Positions 20,289-29,892 of a stretch of DNA of 64,000 nucleotides are shown piece by piece. The notes beneath the pieces are model-generated. The model searched no databases and was not told the DNA's origin. It saw only the letters and a program-made list of their open reading frames with translations. The position numbers and the translations under genes were made by a program. Numbering within the stretch: position 1 is the stretch's first letter; every line of letters begins with the position of its first letter. This DNA is from Candidatus Krumholzibacteriia bacterium (GTDB taxonomy: Bacteria > Krumholzibacteriota > Krumholzibacteriia > Krumholzibacteriales > Krumholzibacteriaceae), in assembly GCA_963836185.1 (NCBI GenBank), contig CAWIIQ010000001.1, positions 1,024,001 to 1,088,000 on the forward strand, given 5' to 3'.

Positions 20289-21677
20289 ATGACAAAGACG
20301 TCAATGATATTGAAGCTGGCCCTGCCGGCTCTTCTCTTCTTCGCTCTCGCGGCGGGATGCACCCGGGATGAACCGGTGACGATCATATTCACCGGTGACA
20401 CGCAGGGGCGCCTAGTCCCCGCCGGGTGAGGCGAGTCCGCCTCAGGCGGCGTGGCCCGGCGGGCCGCGGCACTAAGCAGGATGAGAGAGGAGACACCCGG
20501 CCTGCTGCTCATCTCAGCCGGTGATTTCTACGCGGATAAAGGCATCCTCGAGCTTTACAGGAGCCGGTTCCTGGCGAACATGATGGTGCTGGCCAGGTAC
20601 GACGCCGTCGCCGTCGGCGAGAACGAACTGTCGTATGATTTGAAGGCGATACAGGAGGAGGCTCAGACCGGCCTTCCCGTGATCTGCGCTAATCTTTACT
20701 ATGAGAACGAAAGACTGTTCCCGCCATATGTCATCAAGGAGGCAGGCGGTTCGAAGATAGGGATATTCGCGCTGCTGGGGGAGGATTCGCCCGCGATAGA
20801 GGGGATCGAGCTCAGAGACGCGGCAGTCGAGGGTAGCGATGTCGCCGCGGAGCTGCGCGGTCTCGGATGCGACCTGGTGATTCTGCTGGCTCATTTCAGG
20901 CGCGAGGAACTCGAGTCGCTTCTCTACGGGATCGAAGGAATAGACCTCGTCATAAGAGGACATACCGAGCGTGGCGAGAAGGCTTCGAGTGACTGCGCCG
21001 ATACGATCGGAGGGTCATTTCAGGATTTCGGGGTCCCTGTGCTCTATTCGGGCGACAAGGGACGTGCTCTCGGCAGGGCCGTGATGACTCCTGCGGACGG
21101 TGGATGGGAACTGACAGATACTACGCTCGTCACACTTCCCAAGTCAGCTCCGAGCGACACGATGGTCGCCTCGATGCTAAACGGTTTCTTCGTCGAGGAG
21201 GGTGTGAGGCGCAAGAAGATGCAGGTCACTCAGTTCGTCGCGCGCGATCCCATTACTGGCAAGCTCAGGGAGAAGTATATCGGAATGGCCGTCTGCGCCC
21301 GCTGCCATGACCGTACAGCGGCTGATTTCATCGTCAGTCCTCACTTTCGTACATTCGCGCGGATGACCGAGTCGGGAAACGAAAGAAACGCCAAGTGTCT
21401 CCCCTGTCATACGACCGGATACGGCAGATTCAGCGGGTATGACCCCGAATCCGACGAGAAGGGCGGCATCGATCTCAGGGGAGTCCAGTGCGAGGCGTGT
21501 CACGGCCCAGGAACTAAACACACGCGGGACGGTAAATACAAGGAGGAGGCGAGGAAGAACTGCCGGGTCTGTCACGACGCGAAGAACAGCCCGCATTTCA
21601 ATTTCCAGACCTTCTGGGCGAAAGTGGGACATCGGGCCCTCGCGGACAGCGCCGGAGCGTCAGAGGCGCACAGATAG
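20289..21677 (+). CDS. Putative selenoprotein: lipoprotein with UshA-like metallophosphoesterase-fold domain + tetraheme cytochrome c554-like domain (Sec at UGA 20427-20429)
   Basis: Upstream of and in frame with ORF 20451 are a signal peptide, lipobox LAAG-C and TIIFTGDTQGRLVPAG-UGA-GESASGGVARRA. The C-terminus has CARCH, CLPCH, CEACH and CRVCH. A hairpin follows the UGA. Confidence 0.85.
20450..20468 (+). promoter_or_regulatory. Candidate bacterial SECIS hairpin
   Basis: CGTGGCCC-GGC-GGGCCGCG stem-loop with a G-leading apical loop 28 nt after the UGA. Confidence 0.55.
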
Positions 21678-21693
21678 ATCTTCGGATGATACT

Positions 21694-22458
21694 ATGAGAA
21701 CTCTATTGATATTTCTCTGCGTGACAGCGGTGCTGCTTTCGGCAGGTACTGTCTCGGCGGATGTCGACTTTCTCGTGCCCGGGGTCTCCCTGCATTCTAT
21801 CGATTTTACCGCGGGAACGGCGGTGTCTTACCTGATCATATCGGAGGCTCACGGCATAAGGGACAGCTCGCTTGTCACGCTGAAGGTAACGGGCAATGAT
21901 TCAGGGGCCGCCGTCCTGGAGATAAGTTCCACGACCTGGCCCCCGGTAGACGCGGAGAGGATAACCGTACGCCTGACCTTGTGCGCAAACGCCGGCGAGA
22001 TGAAGACCCCCGAGGAGTTTTACTCCTGCATAAGCGATATCCTCGTCAGGGACGGCGCGGAAGATTTCAGGGAGCCGTCACTGGAGGAACTCGAGGATTT
22101 CGATATCGGCAGGCTCTTTCTCAAGAGAAACGAGGGATTCCAGCGGCAGGAGCTCGAACCTGAGAAGGTGGAGGTCCCTGCCGGGACCTTCCCATGCGAG
22201 GTCTTCGAGTATTTCAGGAGCGACCGGCGTGACGTGGCGATGGGGGGGATCACGGCTGAACGTTTCGAGAAGGAGAGGAGCATCCTGAGGATATCCTCCG
22301 AGGTCCCCTTCTGGGGACTCGTGAGAAGCCGTGTCGAACGGAGCTCGAAAACGCTCTATCCGGGCGGCCGCAGCCAGCGAGAGACCATGCCCAAGGTCAC
22401 TGTCACCGAATCGGTCCTTCTGGACTACTCCACTCCAGGCAGGGTAGAGGGAGACTGA
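21694..22458 (+). CDS. Secreted hypothetical protein (VPAG.F motif, DUF3108-like)
   Basis: ATG at 21694 starts a signal peptide (MRTLLIFLCV...SA-D); EKVEVPAGTFPC motif. Confidence 0.6.
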   Translation: MRTLLIFLCVTAVLLSAGTVSADVDFLVPGVSLHSIDFTAGTAVSYLIISEAHGIRDSSLVTLKVTGNDSGAAVLEISSTTWPPVDAERITVRLTLCANAGEMKTPEEFYSCISDILVRDGAEDFREPSLEELEDFDIGRLFLKRNEGFQRQELEPEKVEVPAGTFPCEVFEYFRSDRRDVAMGGITAERFEKERSILRISSEVPFWGLVRSRVERSSKTLYPGGRSQRETMPKVTVTESVLLDYSTPGRVEGD

Positions 22459-22598
22459 TTCCGGGCCCGGAAGCCTTGCCGTCCATACCATCTCACCACG
22501 ACAGATCATTCTTTGATTCATGTCTTTTCGTTTGATTGTGCATGCAAGACCACTTATTTTTATCTGGTAAAAATGATTACTTTCAAACGAGGTGGAAA

Positions 22599-24950
22599 GT
22601 GAAGAGGATCGCCGCAACTGTCATCTGTATTCTCACCATCATTAACATATTTCCTGTCATGTCATCAGCGGATACCTTCGGGACTGAGTCCGGGCTCCGC
22701 AAAGCAGTCGTGATAATCAGCGGCGGCGACGCCGGTTCCTACGCGAAGGCTATGGATCTGGCCGGGAAGGCCGGAGCGAGGGGCGTGGTCGGCCTGCCGC
22801 CGACGATGTTGTTTGGAAGGTTCCCCGCCGGCGCAGGGGCGAGTGATTTCGAAGGGCTCGACGTCCGGTTCTTCACTGAAGCGGCGGATATCGATCCGAT
22901 GGAGGTGGACCTCATCACGCTGAAGGTCGCCAGAGGGCTTCTCGACCAGGAGAAGATCCTCAGAATGTCGAAGCCGATACCGGCCGAGCCGTTCAAAGAC
23001 TTCGTATTCGATTTTCCTGAAGAGCTCGCAAGGCGAAATCCCCCGAAGGCAGGCGGTCCGAAAGGAAGCGCTCCGTCGGAGATAATGGAGAGGGGCATCA
23101 GGCAGAACTCCGAGTTTCTTCTCGGCAAGGTGCTCGTCAACGTTATCCTTCCAGAAAGTTCCGGGACCGGTCATAGCGAGGACTGGACGGATGACGAGAT
23201 AGGCAATGCGCTGCGCGATATCGCTATCGGACTCTCACAGTACGAGAACGCGACTAACTGGATGCCGGAGGGGACGCAGCCGGTGTTTTCCGTGAACTGT
23301 CCCGTGCTGCACCAGAGAGTGCCCGTATCGATAGAGCCTACCGAGGGTAACTGGGACTCCGATCCGTTCTGGATCTCCGAGGTGATGGACTACTTGGGGG
23401 AGAGCTACAATATCGATATGCCTGCCGATGCGTGGACGGCGGAGAAGGCGCATATCTTCAACAACGCGATGAGGGAGGGGATCCTCGATGACGGCAGCCC
23501 CGCCCACGACTGGGTATTTACCGCTTTTGTCGCCGATGCCAGTGTCAACGGGTGCTGGCTGGGCGATTCTTATGTTGCCTATACGGTCTTTCTCGGAGGT
23601 CCGTATATTGTAGTTCCCTACCCTGCCTGCAGGTTCGGCGACGGTATCGGTTTCGCCCACGTTTTCATCCACGAGATGAGCCATGTCTTCTGGGCGCTCG
23701 ATGAGTATGCCAGCGCGGAAGCGTCATGCAACGCCAGGTCGGGCTATCTCGACTACATCAACGCCAACTCGTATTTCCGGGATTGCGGGGCGCGCCGGGC
23801 CTGCATCATGAACAACGCCCCGTTGAACGAACCGCTCGCGATATGCCCGTGGACGATGGGGCAGGTCGGGCTAGCCGATGACTACGATATTTTCCAGGAT
23901 GAAAATGTGCCTAACTCGATCCCGGATATCTACGAGGTCTTTCCTGAAATGGAAATCAGCATCCCTGTGACAGATACGATCTTCACGAGCGATCTGGCCG
24001 TCGGGATAAGGATCGAGACGACGCCGGTGCCGAACCAGAATTCCGCGTTCGGGGGCGAGGGTATCGACTATGCGCCAGTACTGACAAAGCTGGAGATGAG
24101 CATAGGCGATGACGGGATCTTCGTGCCGGTCGAGGGGATGAGGACCGGCAGCCCGAACTTCAGCGGTGGGATGCTTCTGCAGGAGGGACTCGATCCCGGC
24201 GAGAACCTTATCAAGTTCCGTGTGGAGAACGAGGTGGGGCTGAGTGCGACGGACAGTGTCAGGGTCTATTTTGTCGGTATCCGCTACTACGCGACCTCGT
24301 CTGCCGCCAGTGAGGAGAGTATCGAAGTACGATGGCAGACGGCATGGGAGCTTTTCGGAGCGGATTTCGAAATATACAGGGAAGATCTTACGGCGAGGAC
24401 TCCAGATGCGCTTTACGCCACGGTCCCTGGAGGATCTTCTTCCGGGGAGATCGATGAAAGGCGCCGCTTTGTTTATATTGACGACGATATCATGCCGGGG
24501 CATACGTACAGATACAGGATCATCGGGACGATAGACGAGGGTGTTCCGCGGCCGCTGACCTACGCGGCGCGCGAGCTGGTCGAGACGGCGGTCGTGCCGC
24601 TCGCCGGAAACTTCGTCTCGCCTGCTATCCCCAATCCTACAGATGACAGGGGGAGCACCTTCAGCATCGCTGTGCCGAGAAGCTACTTCGATCCTTCGGG
24701 CACGACCTCGAGGGATATCATGCGCGCGCCGATGGCCGAGACGAAGACCACCGTTCAGGTCAACGTATACGACGTCACGGGCAGAAAGGTCCGGGAGGTC
24801 TATAACCTGGGCGTCTTCGGCGGGCAGATCCTGACGATGACCTGGGACGGCCTCGACAACAACGGCGGTCAGGTGGCGGCGGGCGTATACTTCATGAAGG
24901 TCACGGCCGGCTCCAATGAGCAGGTCCAGAAGGTCGTCATCATCCGCTGA
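22599..24950 (+). CDS. Secreted zinc metalloprotease with C-terminal FlgD-Ig/T9SS-type sorting domain
   Basis: Signal peptide; HEMSHVFWALDEY zinc motif; C-terminal PNP...VYDVTGRKVR...WDG....G..VAAGVYF...KVVIIR. Confidence 0.8.
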   Translation: MKRIAATVICILTIINIFPVMSSADTFGTESGLRKAVVIISGGDAGSYAKAMDLAGKAGARGVVGLPPTMLFGRFPAGAGASDFEGLDVRFFTEAADIDPMEVDLITLKVARGLLDQEKILRMSKPIPAEPFKDFVFDFPEELARRNPPKAGGPKGSAPSEIMERGIRQNSEFLLGKVLVNVILPESSGTGHSEDWTDDEIGNALRDIAIGLSQYENATNWMPEGTQPVFSVNCPVLHQRVPVSIEPTEGNWDSDPFWISEVMDYLGESYNIDMPADAWTAEKAHIFNNAMREGILDDGSPAHDWVFTAFVADASVNGCWLGDSYVAYTVFLGGPYIVVPYPACRFGDGIGFAHVFIHEMSHVFWALDEYASAEASCNARSGYLDYINANSYFRDCGARRACIMNNAPLNEPLAICPWTMGQVGLADDYDIFQDENVPNSIPDIYEVFPEMEISIPVTDTIFTSDLAVGIRIETTPVPNQNSAFGGEGIDYAPVLTKLEMSIGDDGIFVPVEGMRTGSPNFSGGMLLQEGLDPGENLIKFRVENEVGLSATDSVRVYFVGIRYYATSSAASEESIEVRWQTAWELFGADFEIYREDLTARTPDALYATVPGGSSSGEIDERRRFVYIDDDIMPGHTYRYRIIGTIDEGVPRPLTYAARELVETAVVPLAGNFVSPAIPNPTDDRGSTFSIAVPRSYFDPSGTTSRDIMRAPMAETKTTVQVNVYDVTGRKVREVYNLGVFGGQILTMTWDGLDNNGGQVAAGVYFMKVTAGSNEQVQKVVIIR

Positions 24951-25130
24951 TTCCCGCGGTGGCAGGACCGGATCAGGTGAAAATCATTCTCATGACATAG
25001 AGCCTGTTCTCATTGTATGCCGTAACATCAAATATCACTTTTGATTGCGGCGACCCACTTGCAAATACATGCTGGCCGTGATATATTGCTTCCGGCAGCC
25101 GTGCGAAATGAGGAATCTGACGGATAAGTG

Positions 25131-25159
25131 TTGACGGCTGCGCTGGATAGTGATATAAG
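25131..25159 (+). promoter_or_regulatory. sigma70-type promoter
   Basis: TTGACG, 17 bp, TATAAG with TG extended -10. Confidence 0.55.
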
Positions 25160-25245
25160 GGCACCATATATTGTGCAAATATGACTCAAGTACCACAGCA
25201 TGGAGTGGTGCGGGTCTTTCATGTCCAGGGACGGGAGGAGAAGCA

Positions 25246-25428
25246 ATGAAGCCGGAAGGACACGAAGGGTCGATACTTCAGAAAAGCAAGAACTACGTGA
25301 AGTTCCACAGGTTACTCGCCAAAGCCGAAGCGGACGGGAGGCTGGACGGCAAGCACAGATGCCCGGTCTGCGGGATGAGATATCTTGCCGCGAGTGAGGC
25401 GGATGATTGCTGCAGAATCGAGGATTGA
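25246..25428 (+). CDS. 60-aa small protein with C-terminal CxxC...CC metal-binding motif
   Basis: GGAGGAG RBS before ATG 25246; HRCPVCGMRYLAASEADDCC. Confidence 0.6.
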   Translation: MKPEGHEGSILQKSKNYVKFHRLLAKAEADGRLDGKHRCPVCGMRYLAASEADDCCRIED

Positions 25429-25462
25429 TCCTCGGCATCTCTTCAGGTGGAGGTAAACAGCT

Positions 25463-25882
25463 TTGGCTACTGGCAAGACCGCAAAGAAGCGGACGATCAG
25501 ACAACATTGTACCCCTTGTGATAAAGACTTCGATATGGAAGTCGTCGAGGGTGGCGAGAGCAAAGAGGACGTGATCTGGCTCAAGTGCCCGGGTTGCCAG
25601 GGATTCCTTCCATACATGATAGAAGAGGAAGGTGCAGCGTCAGGCAACGGCAGCGTGGAACCGGCGGAACTCGCTCCGGAAGATATCGATGAAGAGGAGA
25701 GGGAGCAGGCCAGGGAATATGTCGAGTCGGGAGAGTTTGAGATCGGCGATATCATCTATCACAGGTCATGGCACGATTACGGCAAAATCGTCTCAAAGGA
25801 AGAACTCCCCGGCAACAGAAAGACGATAATCGTGAACTTCGTCAACCAGGGCACTATCCGTCTTCTCGAGGGAGTGACCTGA
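25463..25882 (+). CDS. Zinc-ribbon + Tudor/SH3-like domain protein
   Basis: GGAGGT RBS; CTPC...CPGC; acidic linker; F.IGDIIYH..W...G.I C-terminal module. Confidence 0.7.
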   Translation: MATGKTAKKRTIRQHCTPCDKDFDMEVVEGGESKEDVIWLKCPGCQGFLPYMIEEEGAASGNGSVEPAELAPEDIDEEEREQAREYVESGEFEIGDIIYHRSWHDYGKIVSKEELPGNRKTIIVNFVNQGTIRLLEGVT

Positions 25883-25893
25883 AAGGCCTGACC

Positions 25894-26757
25894 TTGAAGA
25901 CCGGGTTTCCAAGTATCTGTCTTATCGTTGCCGCGATGATATTTTCGGCCCCGGAGCCAGCGATGGCCACGGGGCCGTTTCTGAATCTGCCGACATATTA
26001 CGGCCGGGTCGATACAGTCAGGGCCATCATCGATGTCGGGCAGTCGTTCGTCGAGGGTGAGTTTGAGAACTCGACGGCCCTGTCATTCGAAACCGGTTTC
26101 AGGAGCGGCGAACGGACCCGCGTCAGGATGCAGATCCTATATCCGATAATCCGCAGGGACGGATATTATAATCACGGTTTCGGCGATCTCATGCTCAGCG
26201 CCGAGTTGAAAATAGTCGGTGATACCCTCAGGATCAACGGCCTCTTCTTTCGCGGAGACATGCGCATACCGACTGGATCGGCGAGCCGCTGGCCCTATGC
26301 CGGCGAGAGCCTGGACGGAGGAGGAGGACTCGAATACAGGCGGTTTTCTGATACATTCGATTTTCGCTGCTCGGCGACTTACACGCTTGTCGGCCGCAAG
26401 GCCGAAGAGGAATTCTTCAGAAACGAGAATTACGCACTGGCCGGGATCCTTTTCGGCCTCAAACCTTTCAGCGCCGTTTCGGTCGAGCTGTCCGCGTTCG
26501 CGCAGTACTTCAGGAACGGCGATTTCAGGGAAGTCTACCTGATCGGCTGCGGGACCCGTCTCAAAGGGGGCCTCGATGTCCGTCTCTCGGGCGGAATAGA
26601 CAACGGAGGGAGCCTCGAGCGTGTCTGGAACTCGATGATCCAGATCGGGATCACATGGCGTTTCCCCGGCGGCTGGAATAGAAAGCCCGATCCTGACGAT
26701 GACCTCCCGGAGGGGATTCCGCAGGACGGCCTCCAGCCTGAAAAGACAACACCCTGA
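25894..26757 (+). CDS. Putative outer-membrane beta-barrel protein
   Basis: Signal peptide; GFGD and PTG motifs typical of MetA/SphA-like barrels; alternating aromatic strands; start codon uncertain. Confidence 0.55.
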   Translation: MKTGFPSICLIVAAMIFSAPEPAMATGPFLNLPTYYGRVDTVRAIIDVGQSFVEGEFENSTALSFETGFRSGERTRVRMQILYPIIRRDGYYNHGFGDLMLSAELKIVGDTLRINGLFFRGDMRIPTGSASRWPYAGESLDGGGGLEYRRFSDTFDFRCSATYTLVGRKAEEEFFRNENYALAGILFGLKPFSAVSVELSAFAQYFRNGDFREVYLIGCGTRLKGGLDVRLSGGIDNGGSLERVWNSMIQIGITWRFPGGWNRKPDPDDDLPEGIPQDGLQPEKTTP

Positions 26758-26842
26758 ATGCAATCTGCGAAATCACGATGTTCCAATTGTTCCTCGTTGT
26801 GGAGTAGAGTCCGCAACCTTTCCGCAATGTTGCCCCCTGTAT

Positions 26843-26859
26843 AAGGCACATACCTTGCG
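26843..26859 (+). promoter_or_regulatory. sigma54 (-24/-12) promoter
   Basis: AAGGCACATACCTTGCG: GG (26845-46)-N10-GC (26857-58). Upstream inverted/direct TCCGCAA repeats could be an activator site. Confidence 0.6.
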
Positions 26860-26906
26860 TTGCCTGATGTTCGTCAAGACTGACTCTGGCTGCGAGGAAT
26901 ACATCG

Positions 26907-28376
26907 ATGGCAACGCATCCTGTCGAAACGATACCTGAGATGGAGGCAAGCGAAGCCGCTTCGCGCGATATGGCGAAGAGCGGGAACAGCGACGCCTCAT
27001 CCCTGCTGGACAGCCTGCTCGAACCGGTCGAGCAGGGAGTGGTCATCCTCGATCATTCCCGGACACCGGTCTTCGCGAACAGGTGCGCAAAGGGGATACT
27101 GTCCGTCGCTGCGAACGAGGAGATCGCCGGAATAATCGAGAGAAGCTGTCCCGACAGTCTCTTTGATAAATGCACGTCGAACGGATCTGCCGTGACATAC
27201 GTGGACGTCACTCTGCCCGACAAGGAGACGCGAAAGCTCCTCGGGCTGGAGGTCCGGGCGATAGGCATTCCCGGTGAGTCGGCGGCATACTACGTGTTGA
27301 TCCATGATTTTTCACGCTGGAAAAAACTCGACGAGCTGAGGTCGCGCTTCGCCACCTCGCTTTCACACAGGATGAGGACACCGCTTACCGCGATCAGAAA
27401 TGCCGTCAAGATACTCAGCGAACAGCCGCTCGAGGGAGAGGACAGGGAGAAACTCCTCGATATAGGCTGGAGAAATGTCGAGAAGCTGATCACGAACCTC
27501 GATGAACTGCAGAAGATATTCATGATCGAGTCGGAGGAGACAAAGGTATGCCGTGTCCTGACGAGAGCTCGTCACGACCTGAAACCTGTCTTCGACAAAC
27601 TCCAGAGCGAAGGCAAGCTCCGCGGCTACAAGATAGGTATGCCGGATATGACGGTGTTCACCGGCCGGGGAAGCCTCAGGGATTTCATCGTCACTTCGAT
27701 CGAGGCATACAATACCTGGCTCGGAGAAGCGCCGTTCATCGAGTGCAGTTCTTCGATCAAGGAGGAGCTCTGCTACCACGGCGGCGTGGAGAAGAGCCTG
27801 AAGATATACCTCAGGCCGAGGACGAGCGGGTGGCTGAGGTCAGTCAGGGAAGGCCTCAGGGATTATCTTTCTTTCCACGAGGCTCACAGGGGCCTGGTCC
27901 TTGACAGGCTGGCCGACGCGCTTGACGCCGAGCTCGAGATCAGCTCCGGGAACACGATCAGCATCAGGCTTCCGCTCAAGCCATCCTTTGATCGCGAGAA
28001 GGACCTCGTCAGCCCGCTTCACATGATGATGGAACGCGCCGATTTTTCAGGCAGCGAGTTCTGCCTGATCGATATGCACATGGTCGGGACTTCCGACAGC
28101 GCTTCCGAACTGGTCGGCACTCTCGAGAAGGTCATGTGCTCGGTCCTCACCGGAGAGCATATGATCTCAAAGGGAGAGGACGGTTCGTCGTGGGTCCATT
28201 TCATCGTCGGCAAGTGCCCCGATGATATCGAGGGTGTAATGAAGAGCGTGCACGACAAGTTCCTCGAGGCCTGCCGCAGGAGCGGGGAGCAGATGATACC
28301 TTCGTTGAGATGGGAGACCCGGTACAGCCGTGTAGCTGGGGAATGCATACCTGAGTCAGAGATACTCGACATCTGA
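26907..28376 (+). CDS. PAS + HisKA protein with degenerate ATPase and degenerate GGDEF-like C-terminus
   Basis: PAS-like GVVILD..R.PVFAN; H-box SHRMRTPLTAI; no recognisable N/G1/G2 boxes. Confidence 0.65.
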   Translation: MATHPVETIPEMEASEAASRDMAKSGNSDASSLLDSLLEPVEQGVVILDHSRTPVFANRCAKGILSVAANEEIAGIIERSCPDSLFDKCTSNGSAVTYVDVTLPDKETRKLLGLEVRAIGIPGESAAYYVLIHDFSRWKKLDELRSRFATSLSHRMRTPLTAIRNAVKILSEQPLEGEDREKLLDIGWRNVEKLITNLDELQKIFMIESEETKVCRVLTRARHDLKPVFDKLQSEGKLRGYKIGMPDMTVFTGRGSLRDFIVTSIEAYNTWLGEAPFIECSSSIKEELCYHGGVEKSLKIYLRPRTSGWLRSVREGLRDYLSFHEAHRGLVLDRLADALDAELEISSGNTISIRLPLKPSFDREKDLVSPLHMMMERADFSGSEFCLIDMHMVGTSDSASELVGTLEKVMCSVLTGEHMISKGEDGSSWVHFIVGKCPDDIEGVMKSVHDKFLEACRRSGEQMIPSLRWETRYSRVAGECIPESEILDI

Positions 28377-28405
28377 CACTGTTCGTTCTGAATGATATTC
28401 CGGAA

Positions 28406-29710
28406 TCAGTTGAAGATCTCTTCCTTATGCCTGGCGGTTTTATTCGCGGGCGGATCTTTCCGTTTATCCTCGTTCGACCTCATGGAGAGCAGCAGGAGGC
28501 TGAGAGGTTCGCTGATTGTATGGCGGACGCTCGGCAGGTGGTTGTTGAATGTGTAGCGGCCGCTTCTAAGAGCCATGATCTTGTGAAACGCAGTCTTGCC
28601 GTCCCAGCTCTTCAGCCTGGCATGGATGATCTCGCCCTTCTCGAAGAAGACCTCTCCACGCCCTGTCTGGGAGACGATCATCAGCCTCCCCGACTTCAGA
28701 TTGCTGTTGAGCAATGAGACTATATCGAGTACAGGGATGAGCGAAAGGCTTCCCTGCAGCGGATAGCTGCGTGATTTCTTCCTGCGCTTGAGATTAAGCA
28801 CGAGAAGACCGGTGATCACGACGAGAAGGACGATCAGGACATTAGACCTGAGAACTGACAGTACGCGCGAGGTCGGTTCCTCGAGTGTCTTTATCGCTTC
28901 AACACCCTTTGCGACTCCCTTCGCCATCGTTTCCCCTGCCGGGGCGGAATTCTGCTCATCTTCCTCAAGCAGCGCTATCTCCCTTAGCTTTTCTCTCGCC
29001 CAGCTGTTCTCGGGATCGAGTGCCAGGACGTCGCTAAGCGCCTTCTCGGCCTGGCCCTTCGTTTCGGCGGTATATGAGGCAAGCACCGTACGTGCCCGGC
29101 CCAGCGCATTTTCGACCTCGGCCCTGTCAAAACGCCTCTCTATCTCATCTAGCATCGATATCACATCTGTGTTCGAAGGATCGCGCTCGGCGGCCTGAAC
29201 GAGGTATTCCTTCGCTGAATCGAGGTTGTCCATGGCAAGGTGGCACCTTGCGATCTGGACCAGGGGGGCGGGGTCGTACGGCCTGATCCCGAGATAGAGC
29301 GAGAGCTTGGGTATCGCGAGATCGTATTTTCCGTTGCTCATCAGTCGTTCAGCCTCGGCGAGGAGCTTGGTCGTAAGACTCTTCTCCATCCGGGCCAGCT
29401 TGTCGCGGGCCCATGTAGCGTCGGGTTCCTGCTGGAGGCCCCTGAGCAGGAGCTCACGGGCATATTCGAGCTGGCCGCGTTTCTCGTAGATCTGAGAGAG
29501 CTGCCATATCGGCGATGTGAACGATTCGTCGTACTTAAGGGCCTTCATCAGGTAGTCTTCGGCCTTTACATCGTCACCCCGGGCGAGGGATTTCTGCGCC
29601 TCAACGAACAGGCGCTCAGCCTCTACCCTGGATGAGGACTGGGCATGAAGACAGGGGGCGAGCAGGCCCGCCGCCAGAAAAACGGCCGAAATCAATACAA
29701 TTACCTTCAT
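28406..29710 (-). CDS. Membrane-anchored TPR protein with cytoplasmic DUF4388 domain
   Basis: Signal peptide, many TPRs, one TM, then LQGSL....VLDIV.LL....KSGRL.......G.VFFEKG.IIHA. Confidence 0.8.
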   Translation of the reverse strand: MKVIVLISAVFLAAGLLAPCLHAQSSSRVEAERLFVEAQKSLARGDDVKAEDYLMKALKYDESFTSPIWQLSQIYEKRGQLEYARELLLRGLQQEPDATWARDKLARMEKSLTTKLLAEAERLMSNGKYDLAIPKLSLYLGIRPYDPAPLVQIARCHLAMDNLDSAKEYLVQAAERDPSNTDVISMLDEIERRFDRAEVENALGRARTVLASYTAETKGQAEKALSDVLALDPENSWAREKLREIALLEEDEQNSAPAGETMAKGVAKGVEAIKTLEEPTSRVLSVLRSNVLIVLLVVITGLLVLNLKRRKKSRSYPLQGSLSLIPVLDIVSLLNSNLKSGRLMIVSQTGRGEVFFEKGEIIHARLKSWDGKTAFHKIMALRSGRYTFNNHLPSVRHTISEPLSLLLLSMRSNEDKRKDPPANKTARHKEEIFN

Positions 29711-29734
29711 TTGTCACACTCCGGGATGGATTTC

Positions 29735-29783
29735 CGCAAAAACTGTTCCATACCTTCGAGGGGCTTCTAACTATCTGTTGATT
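29735..29783 (-). promoter_or_regulatory. sigma54 promoter with upstream IHF-like site
   Basis: Minus strand TGGAACAGTTTTTGCG (GG-N10-GC, 29750-29735). AATCAACAGATAG (29783-29771) matches WATCAANNNNTTR with one mismatch. Confidence 0.6.
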
Positions 29784-29892
29784 TTACGTGTCAGCATCTG
29801 TTAAACTTCCGGAACTTGTAGCAATTTCACGGGTTAAGATACCCTATCGGGTTATTTTTCAAGCCGCTGCGAGCGGCCATCGGGAGGATGAG

